Shown here: one piece after another, positions 53,201-64,000 of the stretch
Layout: each line of letters starts with the position of its first letter
Numbering within the stretch: the stretch's first letter is position 1
Assembly (NCBI RefSeq): GCF_037042905.1
Contig: NC_087245.1
Span: 12,340,001 to 12,404,000 of the forward strand
Length of the DNA: 64,000 nucleotides
Origin: Lytechinus pictus
Taxonomy: Eukaryota
Direction: 5' to 3'
Made by a program: the position numbers and the translations under genes
The notes under the pieces: generated by a model
The model's database searches: none
Seen by the model: only the letters and a program-made list of their open reading frames with translations
What the model was told of the DNA's origin: nothing

Positions 53201-56200
53201 TTCTTCATACTAGGTGGGCACGGATCCGAAGGAAGCACGCTATTGGTTGAAACAGTTCCAGCGATTAGGAGGCAGCCATTCCAAGCCCTTTGCTGTAGTT
53301 CAAGTCCATCAGGAAATCTTCCAGAAACCTGATCTGGTAAGAGAGTTATCTGTTTAAATCGGGAGTCAGGATGTTAAAGGACAAGTCCACCTCAACAAAA
53401 ATTGATTTGAAAAAAAAAGGAGAATAATCCAACAAGCAAAAAACTGAAAATTTCATCAAAATCGGATGTAAAATAAGAAAGTTATGACATTTTAATTTCA
53501 CAAAAACAGTTATATGCACATCCTGGTCGGTGTGCAAATTGGCAGACTGATGACGTCACCCACTCACTATTTATTTTGTATATATGAAATATGAAATATT
53601 CTAATTTTCTCTTGTCAAGTGAAACAAAGTTTTATTTCTCCCTGAACATGTGCAATTACCATTATTTTAACAGTTTATGGTTAAGTTAAGTTGGTCCTTA
53701 TCGTCAAATCTGTAAAAATTGAGATATTGTATTATTCAAACAATAAAAAACAAAAGAAATAGTGAATGATGGACATCATCGACTCTCTCATTTGCATATC
53801 GCTGAGTTGCGCATTGAACTGTTTTGTGAAAAATATGCGAAACTTAAAAATGCCATAACTTTCTTATTTTACATCCGATTTCGATGAAATTTGCAGCGTT
53901 ATGTTTCTTTGATTTTTCTCTATCTATTCAAATCAACAATTTTCTGGGGTGGACTTGACCTTTAACTACAAAGTGTAGTGATTGATTTTACACTGAGGGC
54001 TGACATTTTGTGATTTATTGCATTGGTTATTATTTGTAATCAATCATACTTATTAATTGTATGATCAATACTTAACTTTTTGTTACAGGCCCCTGATTCT
54101 GGATATTGAATTTTCCTTGTAAAAAGAGTTTGATCTCACAAAACCTTCATGTATTTCAGTCTAGATTCAACAATATTCACAGTTATTTACTTTGTGGGTT
54201 ACAAAGGTGTTTTTTTTTCTTCAAATCTGTGTTCTCATGATGTGGCTGGGTTTTGTACTCACAACCATCTGTTTCAAAGGCGTGGGTCAGAAGTCAGCAT
54301 CGCCATCCATGGCGCTCTATAAAAAAGGGCAATTTATGACACTAAAGGTGGTTTCAAACCGCCTCGATCACAAGAATCCCCGTTAAATTACGAGAACTTT
54401 TATAGGCTGAAAAATACCCATTAATTATTCCTGCATTCACACCGCCCTGAAACATACCCTTCGGGATAAGTTCCTGAAGTTACGAGCATGCGCAGTATGG
54501 TCTGATAAGCAGCAAGGCGCGAAATTCAAAATCACTAGCCCAGCAGCAACCCATGCACGGCGCCGCACCCAACGACACGCTGGGCTAAAAGTTCCCGTAA
54601 TTTGCTTTCAGACCGCCAAAATACCCACGACCTTGGAAAAATCCCCGCGAAAGTTCTCGTAATTTCGCCAAGTACCTACTATTTATCGGGTATTTTCTTT
54701 CGGGGATATTACGCGTAGTTTGCTTTCACACCGCCAAAATACCTGGTATTTTCTGATCGGGGTAAATTTCCCGATCAGAGAATACCTGGAACTGGCGAAC
54801 TTCGAGGCGGTCTGAAACCACCTTAATAGTACATTTTTGTACACAGCCTGTCACCAGCTTACATGTACATGTGACATCCCTCCCCCCCCCCCACCCCCAA
54901 AGAAAAAAGCAAGAAATCATATTTCTGCTACACCTTTTCATGAAGTTTTCAAGAAATATTCATTTATACATATGTTTCTCTTATTTCTATGCTTTTGTTA
55001 TAACTAGTTTAACGACTGGGTGTCCTCCCCCTTAACATATGCCACCAGTCATATGCTCACCATTCGTTCATGAAGAGATCTACAATTCATCATCAGCACA
55101 TATCTGCAAAATTTACATAAGAAAAGGAAAATCTTTAACAATGAGTCCTTTATGTCAATTTTGTTTGTATGTACATGTATAATGATAATGTCCCTTGGGA
55201 ACTTGTGGTGGTGGTGGTGGTAGTAAAGATGAATGGAATAATTTTAGGAGCAGAGACAGCACTGACTGATGAGATTTTTATTAGATATCCCTCCAAATAA
55301 AACAACCAATACAGAGTAATGGGAACTTAACAAGCTACATGTACATTAGTATACTCTCGATGAGGCTTTATGATAATATATTGCATCCCAGAAACTGAGA
55401 ATTGTCAATGTTATATCTTTAAAAACTATATACATGTAGTCACCCATGAGTTGGAATTTCATAAATTAAACTTAGGCTTGCATTTTATTTTATTTAGGAA
55501 TGATTACTGTAACAAATCAGACTTGGGTGATGTCTAATGACATCCCTGTTAGTTCATGATTTTCCCCATTCCATGTCTTTCCTTTGAAATTTATTATGTT
55601 AGTAGAAGTCAACTTGGGCATGCATTTGGGAGCCAGTATCGATGATGTATAAAACAAGCTTGTTCAGAAAAAAAGATCAAAGTATTGTAGTTTATGAGTA
55701 CAGCATATGATACAATGTGAAACTGGTACTGTAGAGCTTGAATAACTGGCTTGAAGGTAATGCTATTGAATATGTTGTGTATGCATTGATAGGTTTATCC
55801 AATAAACACAATAGTATAAAAGGATTGTATTGTGAATAGTTTGTATTAAGAAATCAATAGTGGTATTATGAAAGAGTATTTCACTGACACTGGTCATGAG
55901 TGACTGAGAGTATATGTGATCATGTTCATAGTTAAGGAATCAATGAAAATCAAGGCGACATTGTTCAGTTTGACAGTAGCTGTTGCCTACAAAATTAAAT
56001 TTGTAACAGCTGAATGAAGCAATTTTACTCTCAGCAAAACAAATACTAAACATTTGATGTGTCATGTTCAAACCAATTATTATATTTTTATTTTATTCAA
56101 GGAAATATATTTTCTTTGATTGATAGTGCTTCAGCTTTGTTGGTGTGTCTGTGACACTGGCAGAGAATAGGAAATAAGAGGCGTTGAGCAGTGGCACGAT

Positions 56201-59200
56201 TTTGAGTTTTAGATGTATTTGACAATCACAGCAAAACATCTCATTAGGATCCTCTAGAGGTTAGATTAATATCTCTGCAGACTTTGCTTTTAAAAGCAAT
56301 CTCTGCTACTACATGTATATTTTGGCTTTTCATGATATTAATGAAAGAATATTTCATGACCAGAAGTAAACTGGCCTTCAGATTTTGGACCCTGAAATTT
56401 TTCATGTATATTTTTGTTTTTAATCATTATAATTTGATACAATATTTTGAGTTGTATGTTAAGGTATAGCTATAGGTTCATGACCTAAATTATGCAAGAA
56501 ATTAATATTCAAATTATTTTATATTAGTGAAAATAATGTAATTTTAAAGTGTGAATTACCAGTAACTATATGACATTTTTTAAATTTGTTTTTGAAATAT
56601 TTTGTGTTTCTTTCCCTCTCCCGTTTCTCCCCTTTCTGAAACTTCTTGTCTATCCCACCCCTACTCCTCCATCTCTCTTTACCTCTCCCCTCCCTTCCTC
56701 TCTCTCTCTCTCTTTATCACTCCCCTCCCCCTCTCTCCCCCTCTCTCTCCCTCTCTCTCCCTTTCTCTCCATTCGAGATAGCTTGAAGCATTGAGCTCAA
56801 ACCTAGCATTCCTACATCGTAATGATATGAAGTTACTGGTTGTCCATGGGGCTTCTCTGCCAGATGGAACAAACTTGTCAGATCAAGAACTACAGGTATA
56901 ACCAGAATGATCAGAACCAAAGTATTATGCAAGAGATAAGCAATGAGTGGAAGAGTGAGGACATTTTTTCAGGATTTTGAAGTGCAAACCATGCAATCGT
57001 GCACATTCCAGAAGTATAGTTTATAGCAAGTTTAATGAATTGCGAAAGTGCACTGATCTATTACTCATTTAAAAAATATGAATAGTGATGAAGGAGGCCA
57101 TATGGGAAATATTTAATGTCTGGTCACCCTAAGTCAAACTCATCATTAAGACTTTTCTGCTGATATTTATCTCTGATAGAAGTCCACTTTTAAAGGATTA
57201 TGAAACTCTTGGAGCAAGTTAGCTTTTGTGAAAGCAGAAAAATCAAAGAATACGATCAACAAAAGTTTGAGTAAAATAGGACTAGCAATAGAAGAGTTAT
57301 GAGCATTTGAATGTCGAGATCACTAATGCTATGGAGATCCTCCTATTGGCAATGCGACCAAGATCTATGATGTCACAGATGAACAACTCTCCCCTTTTGG
57401 ACACTGAAAATATACCCCAAAACATCTCTTTTTGCTCATTCTAATCATATGACAAACGATTCATCAATGATATACTGTTGTGAAACCTCTGTACTTGTCC
57501 TCTCATAAAGAGAACACCTCACCTTGTGATAGACTCTATAAAAGTGAGAATATAAGTGAAATAAGTACTAAAGTAATGAGGGAGTTGTACGTGTGTGACA
57601 TCACAGATCTTGGTCGCATTGCCAATGGGAGGATCTACATGGCATTAGTGATCTCAATATTCAAAAGCTCATAACTTTCTTATTATTCATTCAATCTTCC
57701 TCAAACTTTCAACAATATGTTTCTTTGATTTTTCTCTTTGATATGGATTCAGCTGGTTTCAAGGGTTTCATTCTCCTTTAAGATTAAAACAAACATGCAA
57801 AATAGTAGGGTAAATAGTATTATTACCATTTTGCATTTTTCATTATCTTTTGAAATAGTTTGCACATTGAAGGCGTTCTATATGCAAATTAGTTAGCTTA
57901 TGATGTCTTTGCCTTACCTTTTCTTGATTATTTTACTTTAGTATGAAAGCAAACGTTATCTTATTATTTCATTTGACTCTTCATAATTTTTTCACTTATT
58001 GCTGTTCTTCGAGACAATCAACCTTTTCCATCCAAGAGGAAAAATCCCTTCCTTGTATGAAAATGAATTATAATAATGATGATCTCACACATTACAATAT
58101 CCAAATTATTTGTACGTTTAGGGTATCCGAACAGGAGTTGCATTTTATATATCATTCTTGAGTCTTAGTGTATCCTTCTTTTCGGATGACATTCTATTAT
58201 CTGTTTTGAACATTTTTCCTGTAAAGAGGTCTGATTTGAATACCGGAAAGTGTATTATTGAAAACATTCCGTTATCAATTTAAGCGTTTCACATATTTCT
58301 TGGGAGAAAACATCTGATAAGGTCCTTTCTGACCCACAGGCAAGCCGTAGTCGAGTGACCACCGATACCATGACCATGGTGAACTTTCTTCAAGCCAGTG
58401 GTGCTCCTGCTCATCCACTGTTCTCAGGGAGCAATGTGTTACAGGCAGAGCCAGTAGAGGAAGGGGCCTCTAAAGGAAGGGTCATTCATGTCAACACAGA
58501 ACCGTTAGAGTGGTGTATAGGGTAAGGTTATAGTGGAGTTAAAGGAAATAGAAATGTGAAATTTATTTTATTGCATGAATGTACGTTATATCAGGAAAAT
58601 TTCTCTGAACATTACAATGTGCTGCACTCAAACCAGGTGATATAAAAAGATGCCGGCGGGAAGTAATTCCTCAAAAAGCTGTGAGCACCAGAATTGGTAG
58701 CCTAGCTTTGCTGGTGGGAAGTATAGCAGCACATAACAAAATGGATATGTGTGCAATATTGATACCCTATATTGTTGTTATTGTTGAATATTGCTAATTT
58801 TTCCTTCCAATTCTCTTTTTTATAAGTAATTCTGTAAAAAAACAAGCCCCCACCCCAAAGTATATATATATATATATATATAAATATATATATCATAATA
58901 GATCCGCCGGAAAGGTGAATTTTGTTGTCTTTTCTCATTGTTCACAATTCGCCTAAACGCCCTCTACATTCGCCTATACGTCGAAATGTCTATTATGACG
59001 GAATAAACCCATTCATAGACTTCGCCGCCCTTCCGTAGGATGTAGGCATGTATGGGTCTTAAGGTATTTTTTAAATTTTTTATGATTATGATATTTTTAT
59101 GATTATAAAATTTATCTTTATTTGATAAGGAAATTTTCGAAAATGATTTTAAAAATTTATATTATTTGGAATGACTAATGATGAACCCTTTTATTTAATC

Positions 59201-62200
59201 ATTAACTTTGATGTCCCGTGCATAAGAAGGCAGTTGTCCCAAGTAAATCTTCGAGAAATATTCATAAGAAAACAATTTTGTGATGATAAAAGATGTTTTG
59301 AATTAAATTCATGGCAATTATGTGTAGTTAAATGAACAGGAAGTATTTTACTATTTTTCTTAGCACTTCATAAAAAATAAAAAATGAAGTGACTGTCTGA
59401 ATTGCTCAGATTACTTATGAGTTTGTTGATTGAATTATGTTGAATGAATTTGTTTTGTTTGATAATTCTTTTATAGAAAGCATTAACTTAAAGCATTAAC
59501 TTCCATCCCTTGTGTACTTAAAAGGTGCCAATGTCTCAACAACAATTTTGTTTTGATTGTTTTGTAGATCTGGACATATACCTGTAGTATCATCTATAGG
59601 AGAGACATCTAGTTCTCAGTTAGTTAGTATCGATGCTTCCCACGCTACCGCAGAGATTGCCAAGGCTGTACAACCCATCAAGGTGCTTCTACTCAACAGG
59701 AAAGGTGGTCTACTAGATGGTAAAGGAGAGGTTAGTCATATCAATTATTTAAAGGTTGGTTTATTTGGTGTACCTCTGATACTGCATTACTGGTGGGTGT
59801 TTCATAAAGCTGTTCGTAAGATACAAATGACTTTAGGCACGACTGGTGATCCTTTCTTGTGCGATGTGATATCCCTTTATAATTGATTTATGACCTAAGA
59901 ACATGTTCCAGTCGTAGTGCGTAAAGTTATGCATAACTTTACGAACAGCTTTGTATTAGATGATGCTAACGAGATATGTTGGGGCTATATAAACCTGTCA
60001 GGGTGCTTCTCTCTATTCAAAGGAATGGAGATATTGTAGATGGGGAATGTGACTGCAATTCTGGGATTAGAAGATGCAAGTGGAGGGATTCAGATGGAAA
60101 TGTTGAAGTTAGTTGATTTCTTGTTCATATAATCCATTTTATCTGTGCCTTAAAATGAGCTTAATATCTTGATTTAATATAATGTTGGCACAATACTTTA
60201 TAGGACACTTCATCTCTCTCCCCCAGTCTTAATCACTTGTTTGATTTATATTGCCATCTTTTAATGTCTTGTAATACAGGTCATCCCACAGGTTCATGTA
60301 CCAGCGGATGTAGAATCCCTTGTTGATGAGCCGTGGTGCACTGATACCTGTCAGCACCGGATTCATGATATTTCCACCATGCTCCAAGCGCTTCCTTCCA
60401 TGTCAAGTGTAGTTATTACTTCACCTGAGAGCATCTTGGCAGAACTGTTCACGCATCATGGTTAGTAAGAGCTAATAAAAAATCCAAGTGTTTTCTATTA
60501 TTATTATTATTATTCTGGATGCTTCATAGATGGAACAGAAAATTGGTACACAGGTTTGTAAAAGAAACATCAAAATCTTTCCGATTTTAAGTTGTCTATA
60601 AACCACACAAAATTCCCTATCGAAGTCAACCTTTAATAATATCTAAGGGCTCATCTGAAGCATCCTAGCTGAACTATTCACCCACTGTATCATATCAAGA
60701 TGGACCATACCCTAAGAGGTTGTCCTATAAGATTATTGTGATATATCGTGGATGGGCTGATAAAACCTTGTATCTCAAAATTTTTAGGGCAGCTCAGAAA
60801 AAGCTTATTTTAGAATTATAGCGATGGTGGCAGTCTCATATTGCCTGAAAACAGTCTCCTGATACCTGTGAAGAACTCTTTTGAGGCAAAACAAGGTTGC
60901 TACCCATGTTATAACTCTAAAATCTAGCTTATTTTCAGCTTTCATAAAATTGTTTAAATATTGAGACACAAGGTTTTATCAGTCCAGCCATGACAAGTAT
61001 TAATACAATCCTACAGTACCATGGTGAAACTCAAAATCAAACTGTAGAGTTGCATTGGCTTTAATTCTATCTTTTGCTTAAAAAAATAGTATTAATAGTA
61101 CTTTTGGTTATTTTTCAGGGTCAGGTACTTTGTTCAAGAATACAGAGAGGATATGGAAGTACTATGATCTAGAAAATATAGATACAGATAGACTTTTAAA
61201 ACTTATTACAAGGTAAGTGATGCATTTTATACATAATTATATACACTATATGTTCAATCATAACAAAAAGCAGTCTTAGAGATCCATTTAATAGTGCCAT
61301 TTAAGTGCCATGTTTTAAAAGTAATCTGTTGGAACAACCATTGTCTCCTTTCTCACAGGTCATGATCATTTGAAAGCATTACAGCTTCTCATGTGAACTA
61401 TAAAGCAGAGACAAATATTTTTTCAGAAAGGTTTCACACAAGGTTTGGATATTATACAAGTACTTTATGGAATTACCCGGCATTAAAGGTGCATTTATAC
61501 CATTGATATTGAGAAGGTAATAATGATAATAATGGATTCATGCGATGAAACTGATTTTTTTTAAATATGGGCAATTATTATTTCTAATTTATTTATCATA
61601 GTATTTAGCATTCTCATTATTTTTTCTTTGGTAAAGGGTAAATGAAGCTGAGTGTTTTTCATAGTTTCAGTCTTTTTAGCAAGAGGGAATTGAATTTGAA
61701 TGATGATTACATTAGCTGTTAGCAAAATGGAAATTGAAGGGGTGAAACACAGCAAATATGTAGGGAGATAAGGGAAATGGATCTTGAGATTTGAAGATTT
61801 TAGAGAGACAATTTTATAAGGATGAAACGTGGACAGGAATTGAATGAGGAAAACACACATTGTATGAGGTGCATACATGTAGTTGTATGTCTCTCTCTCT
61901 CTCCTTGCTATGCTGTAAATATCAGCAGCAAACCTTATTCCAAACAACAAAAACATCAGAAATTGTGCCCTTTTGCAGACACCATATTGTAAGATAAATG
62001 TTTCATGACCTGTCAGTTGATTCTTTACCTGCTCAAAAATATGTTGGGAGGCATTTGGAAATATTGAGAATTGATAAAGCAATATGGACACTAAAACATG
62101 TGAGCATTGTAGCAGGCAATCCTCTTCATGTTAATATCAAGTACACATGATTAATCTCATTTTAAAGTGTCTCATCTCAAGAGCATTGATACATGAGGCT

Positions 62201-63605
62201 TTCAAGCTTAGATTTAATCTTCTCATGCTGCTTTAGTTTTTATGATTCTTAGTCTTCTGTCATGTTGTCATGGTGATGTCACATGCATTGTCCATATATT
62301 GTGATGAGATGTGTTGCGAGAGTATTCTGTTCATTGCTCAAGTGCTTCAGCTTTTACAGAGAAATTTCCATCCTTGTTCAGGGAAGAAGAGAAAATATCA
62401 CAATATTTTTTTTCAGCTTTTAATTTTGTGATTGATATATCAATTGATTTTTCATTTTTGTTTTTCATGAAATATAAGCAAACTATGCAAATGTTAAATA
62501 TATTGAAACAATTACAAATTAAACAAAAAGAGAAAATAATTAGTGCTCTGGCATTAAACAATGAATTCAATTAAATGTGAGAATTATGGAAAGCTGCAAA
62601 ATATCAGAGAGCTTTAAAAGTGGCTTGCCAATGTGTTACTAAAGATTAAATGACAATAACGAATTATTCATAAAACAGTATACTATTTTCAAAAGGTATC
62701 AATTCTCATACTATGAAAATAATGGTAACGATTACATGTATCAAACACTGCAATATCAATAATATGTTCTTTTTCTCTCTCTGTCATGCTCTTTTTTTCT
62801 TTCTCTCCCGTCTCCTTTGCCACTTTTGTGTTTTTTTATTGTTTTATTCTTCTCTTTTTCTATCTATTTTGTCCTTCCATTATTTCTTCCCCTCTCAATA
62901 TGTTTTTCTGACTGCTGTCTACATTGTTCTGTCTCCCCATTCACTTTGTTTTGCTCTTTCTCTCTTCCTCTTTTCCTATTGATCTCTCTATTTTGTTTTT
63001 TTTTCCCCATCACGCTCCATCTCCTTCACGTCCCCCTTTCCTTCCCCCTTTTCCACTTTACTCTATCTCTCCAACCCTTCTCCTTCCTCTCATCCCCCTC
63101 TCTCAACTTGGGAAATTGCAGAAGTTGAAAAATACAGCTGCGCGTATTGTAACTCTATCTAGCAAGTGCAGCCACATCACCCCTATATTAAAAACTCTTC
63201 AAGAAATCATGGGGGAACGGGCCTTTGCTTATGCTGTCATGCAGGGCCAAACCTGTGGAATTCTCTTTCACAGAGTTTGAAAAACCAGACTTCAGTGGCC
63301 ACCTTCAGGGCCAACCTGAAGACATATCTGTATAAGAGTGCTTTATGACAGACATTGACTTGTTCTGCTCTGAAGCGCCTTGAGCATCTAATCAAGATGG
63401 AAAATACGCTATACAAGTCTTATGTATTATTATTAACAGATCATTTGGTAGAGTACTAAAGAAGAATTACATAACTGATCTTCCCAGACGACTCCATACT
63501 ATATACCTTTCTGAGGGATACAATGCTGTAGCTATCATCACTAATGAAGATGATGTTCATAATGTGCCTTACCTAGACAAGTTCTCTATAAGTCTTCAAA
63601 CACAA
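40838..63605 (+). CDS. NAGS: N-acetylglutamate synthase, mitochondrial type (first 469 aa, 8 coding exons; continues beyond window end)
   Basis: Exons 40838-41221, 53214-53336, 56782-56895, 58340-58521, 59568-59730, 60280-60460, 61119-61212, 63440-63605; GT-AG introns and one open frame (1407 nt). Motifs DLRRFLEEVGTDPKEARYWLKQFQ, KPFAVVQV, LAFLHRNDMK, GHIPVVSSIGET, ELFTHHGSGTLFKN, IYLSEGYNAVAI and PYLDKF match the vertebrate-type NAGS kinase-like and NAT domains. The Arg/Ser-rich, acid-poor N-terminus fits a mitochondrial targeting peptide. Confidence 0.95.
43762..43906. mobile_element. Harbinger-like MITE (145 bp)
   Basis: TIR GGG(T/C)CCGTTG(C/T)AGAAAGAGTTGCA; 3-bp ATG duplication at 43759-43761 and 43907-43909. 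Confidence 0.8.
47778..47987 (-). mobile_element. 5'-truncated SINE with L2-like tail
   Basis: Minus strand CCTTCAGCAAGAAATTTATCC...TGTGCTGCACT.GACCCA.GTGAGGTGAATGGGTACCCGGCAG...GCGCTATATAAATGCC(TAT)n; related copy at 58590-58792. Confidence 0.75.
48955..49544. mobile_element. MITE with 9-bp target duplication (MULE-like)
   Basis: TIR CCGG(G)nCCA.TT.CATTGACGAGTGGATA.CATGC.CGACC; GGTGACACT at 48946-48954 and 49545-49553. Confidence 0.82.
52302..52889. mobile_element. Kolobok-like MITE
   Basis: AGGTCAAGTCCACC...GGTGGACTTGTCCT; flanks TTAA/TTGA. Confidence 0.85.
53214..53336 (+). CDS. NAGS: NAGS coding exon 2 (VGTDPKEARYWLKQFQ...KPDL)
   Basis: TAG/GTAAGA, 123 nt, phase 0/0. Confidence 0.95.
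53378..53961. mobile_element. Kolobok-like MITE, same family as 52302-52889 but inverted
   Basis: AGGACAAGTCCACC...GGTGGACTTGACCT; TTAA on both sides; interior is the reverse complement of the 52302 copy. Confidence 0.88.
54346..54823. mobile_element. PIF/Harbinger-like MITE
   Basis: 22-bp TIR AGGTGGTTTCA(A/G)ACCGCCTCGA; TAA duplication at 54343-54345 and 54824-54826. Confidence 0.85.
56782..56895 (+). CDS. NAGS: NAGS coding exon 3 (LEALSSNLAFLHRNDMK...QELQ)
   Basis: TAG/GTATAA, 114 nt, phase 0/0, after a long CT tract. Confidence 0.9.
57194..57777. mobile_element. Kolobok-like MITE, distinct subfamily
   Basis: AGGATTATGAAAC.../...GTTTCATTCTCCT; TTAA on both sides; long internal inversion ATTGGCAATGCGACCAAGATCT.TGATGTCACA. 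Confidence 0.82.
58340..58521 (+). CDS. NAGS: NAGS coding exon 4 (ASRSRVTTDT...VNTEPLEWCI)
   Basis: CAG/GTAAGG, 182 nt, phase 0/2. Confidence 0.93.
58590..58792 (+). mobile_element. Degraded SINE fragment
   Basis: TGTGCTGCACTCAAACCAGGTG...GGATATGTGTGCAATATTGATACCCTATATT resembles 47778-47987 and 29964-30075. Confidence 0.6.
59568..59730 (+). CDS. NAGS: NAGS coding exon 5 (SGHIPVVSSIGET...LDGKGE)
   Basis: TAG/GTTAGT, 163 nt, phase 2/0. Confidence 0.95.
59790..59955. mobile_element. Short palindromic MITE, related copy at ~31292-31450
   Basis: TTTCATAAAGCTGTTCGTAAG...TTACGAACAGCTTT inverted ends; the block ACTGGTGATCCTTTCTTGTG is shared with 31410-31435. Confidence 0.65.
60280..60460 (+). 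CDS. NAGS: NAGS coding exon 6 (VIPQVHVPAD...LAELFTHH)
   Basis: CAG/GTTAGT, 181 nt, phase 0/1. Confidence 0.95.
60725..61016. mobile_element. Small MITE with imperfect TIRs
   Basis: CTGATAAAACCTTGTATCTCAA versus TTGAGACACAAGGTTTTATCAG. Confidence 0.6.
61119..61212 (+). CDS. NAGS: NAGS coding exon 7 (GSGTLFKNTER...LIT)
   Basis: CAG/GTAAGT, 94 nt, phase 1/2. Confidence 0.95.
63110..63434 (+). mobile_element. 5'-truncated L2-clade LINE remnant (ORF2 C-terminus and 3' tail)
   Basis: KLQKLKNTAARIVTLSSKCSHITPILKTL ... GERAFAYA / GPNLWNSLSQSLKNQTSVATFRANLKTYLY (frameshifted, internally deleted), followed by AGCGCCTTGAGCA...(TAT)n. Confidence 0.85.
63440..63605 (+). CDS. NAGS: NAGS coding exon 8 (SFGRVLKKNY...PYLDKFSISLQTQ)
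   Basis: CAG/GTGAGT, 166 nt, phase 2/0. Confidence 0.95.
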
Positions 63606-64000
63606 GTGAGTATAAGAGCTCTTTGAAAGGGCTTCCATGCCTGGAGGTATGGCAAGCTGTTCTATCATTACAATTTTTAATTTCATTTCTTGATATAAAA
63701 AGTGCTATTTGTCAACAATGCAAGCCTATCTCTTGATATCAAGAATTAGGAATAAATGATAGAATAGCTTACCATACTGTCATACACTGACTAAAATATC
63801 AATGTAACAGCACCTTCAATTCAATACAATTCAGTTTTATTTCCCACTTTCAATTTTTCATATATACAAGGATGATACAGTTAACATATCATAATATTAT
63901 CACATTTCTAGTGACATGTATAAAGATTAGATGCAGCTGAAAATAGATGGGAAAATATCAATCAGTTGATGTTACTTCTTTTATTGATGCGTGAGATCCC

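Noticed and set aside
56776..56777. First AG after the CT tract as acceptor of NAGS coding exon 3
   Set aside because: It would shift the frame by 4 nt; the TAG at 56779-56781 preserves homology.
61561..62091. 176-aa antisense ORF in a NAGS intron
   Set aside because: AT-rich, runs through a GA microsatellite, and has no recognisable domain.

Overview
This is AT-rich, intron-rich animal genomic DNA. The repeat families suggest an echinoderm such as a sea urchin (inference). It holds two divergently transcribed spliced genes, both running off the window edges. On the minus strand is the 5' part of an axonemal dynein heavy chain, a DNAH7 orthologue: 19 phase-consistent exons from 25297 to 60, 894 codons, with an RFX X-box/ETS/CCAAT promoter. 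On the plus strand is a mitochondrial-type N-acetylglutamate synthase (NAGS): a probable non-coding first exon ending at 32690, then 8 coding exons from 40838 to 63605, 469 codons. Introns and the ~7 kb intergenic gap are packed with non-autonomous DNA transposons (Kolobok-, Harbinger-, hAT-, CMC/EnSpm- and MULE-like MITEs, several with intact target-site duplications), SINE and L2-LINE tails, minisatellites and purine/pyrimidine tracts. The most unusual signal is a large excess of 8-bp TA-NN-N'N'-TA palindromes (TACATGTA, TAGGCCTA, TACCGGTA, TAGATCTA, TAACGTTA). Paired repeat copies show these arise as insertions at a TA, as expected for Tc1/mariner excision footprints. Other highlights are a nested three-transposon cluster in NAGS intron 1, an inverted MITE pair around one NAGS exon, and a LINE tail that forms a NAGS splice acceptor. 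No prokaryotic features, CRISPR arrays, rRNA or tRNA genes are supported.
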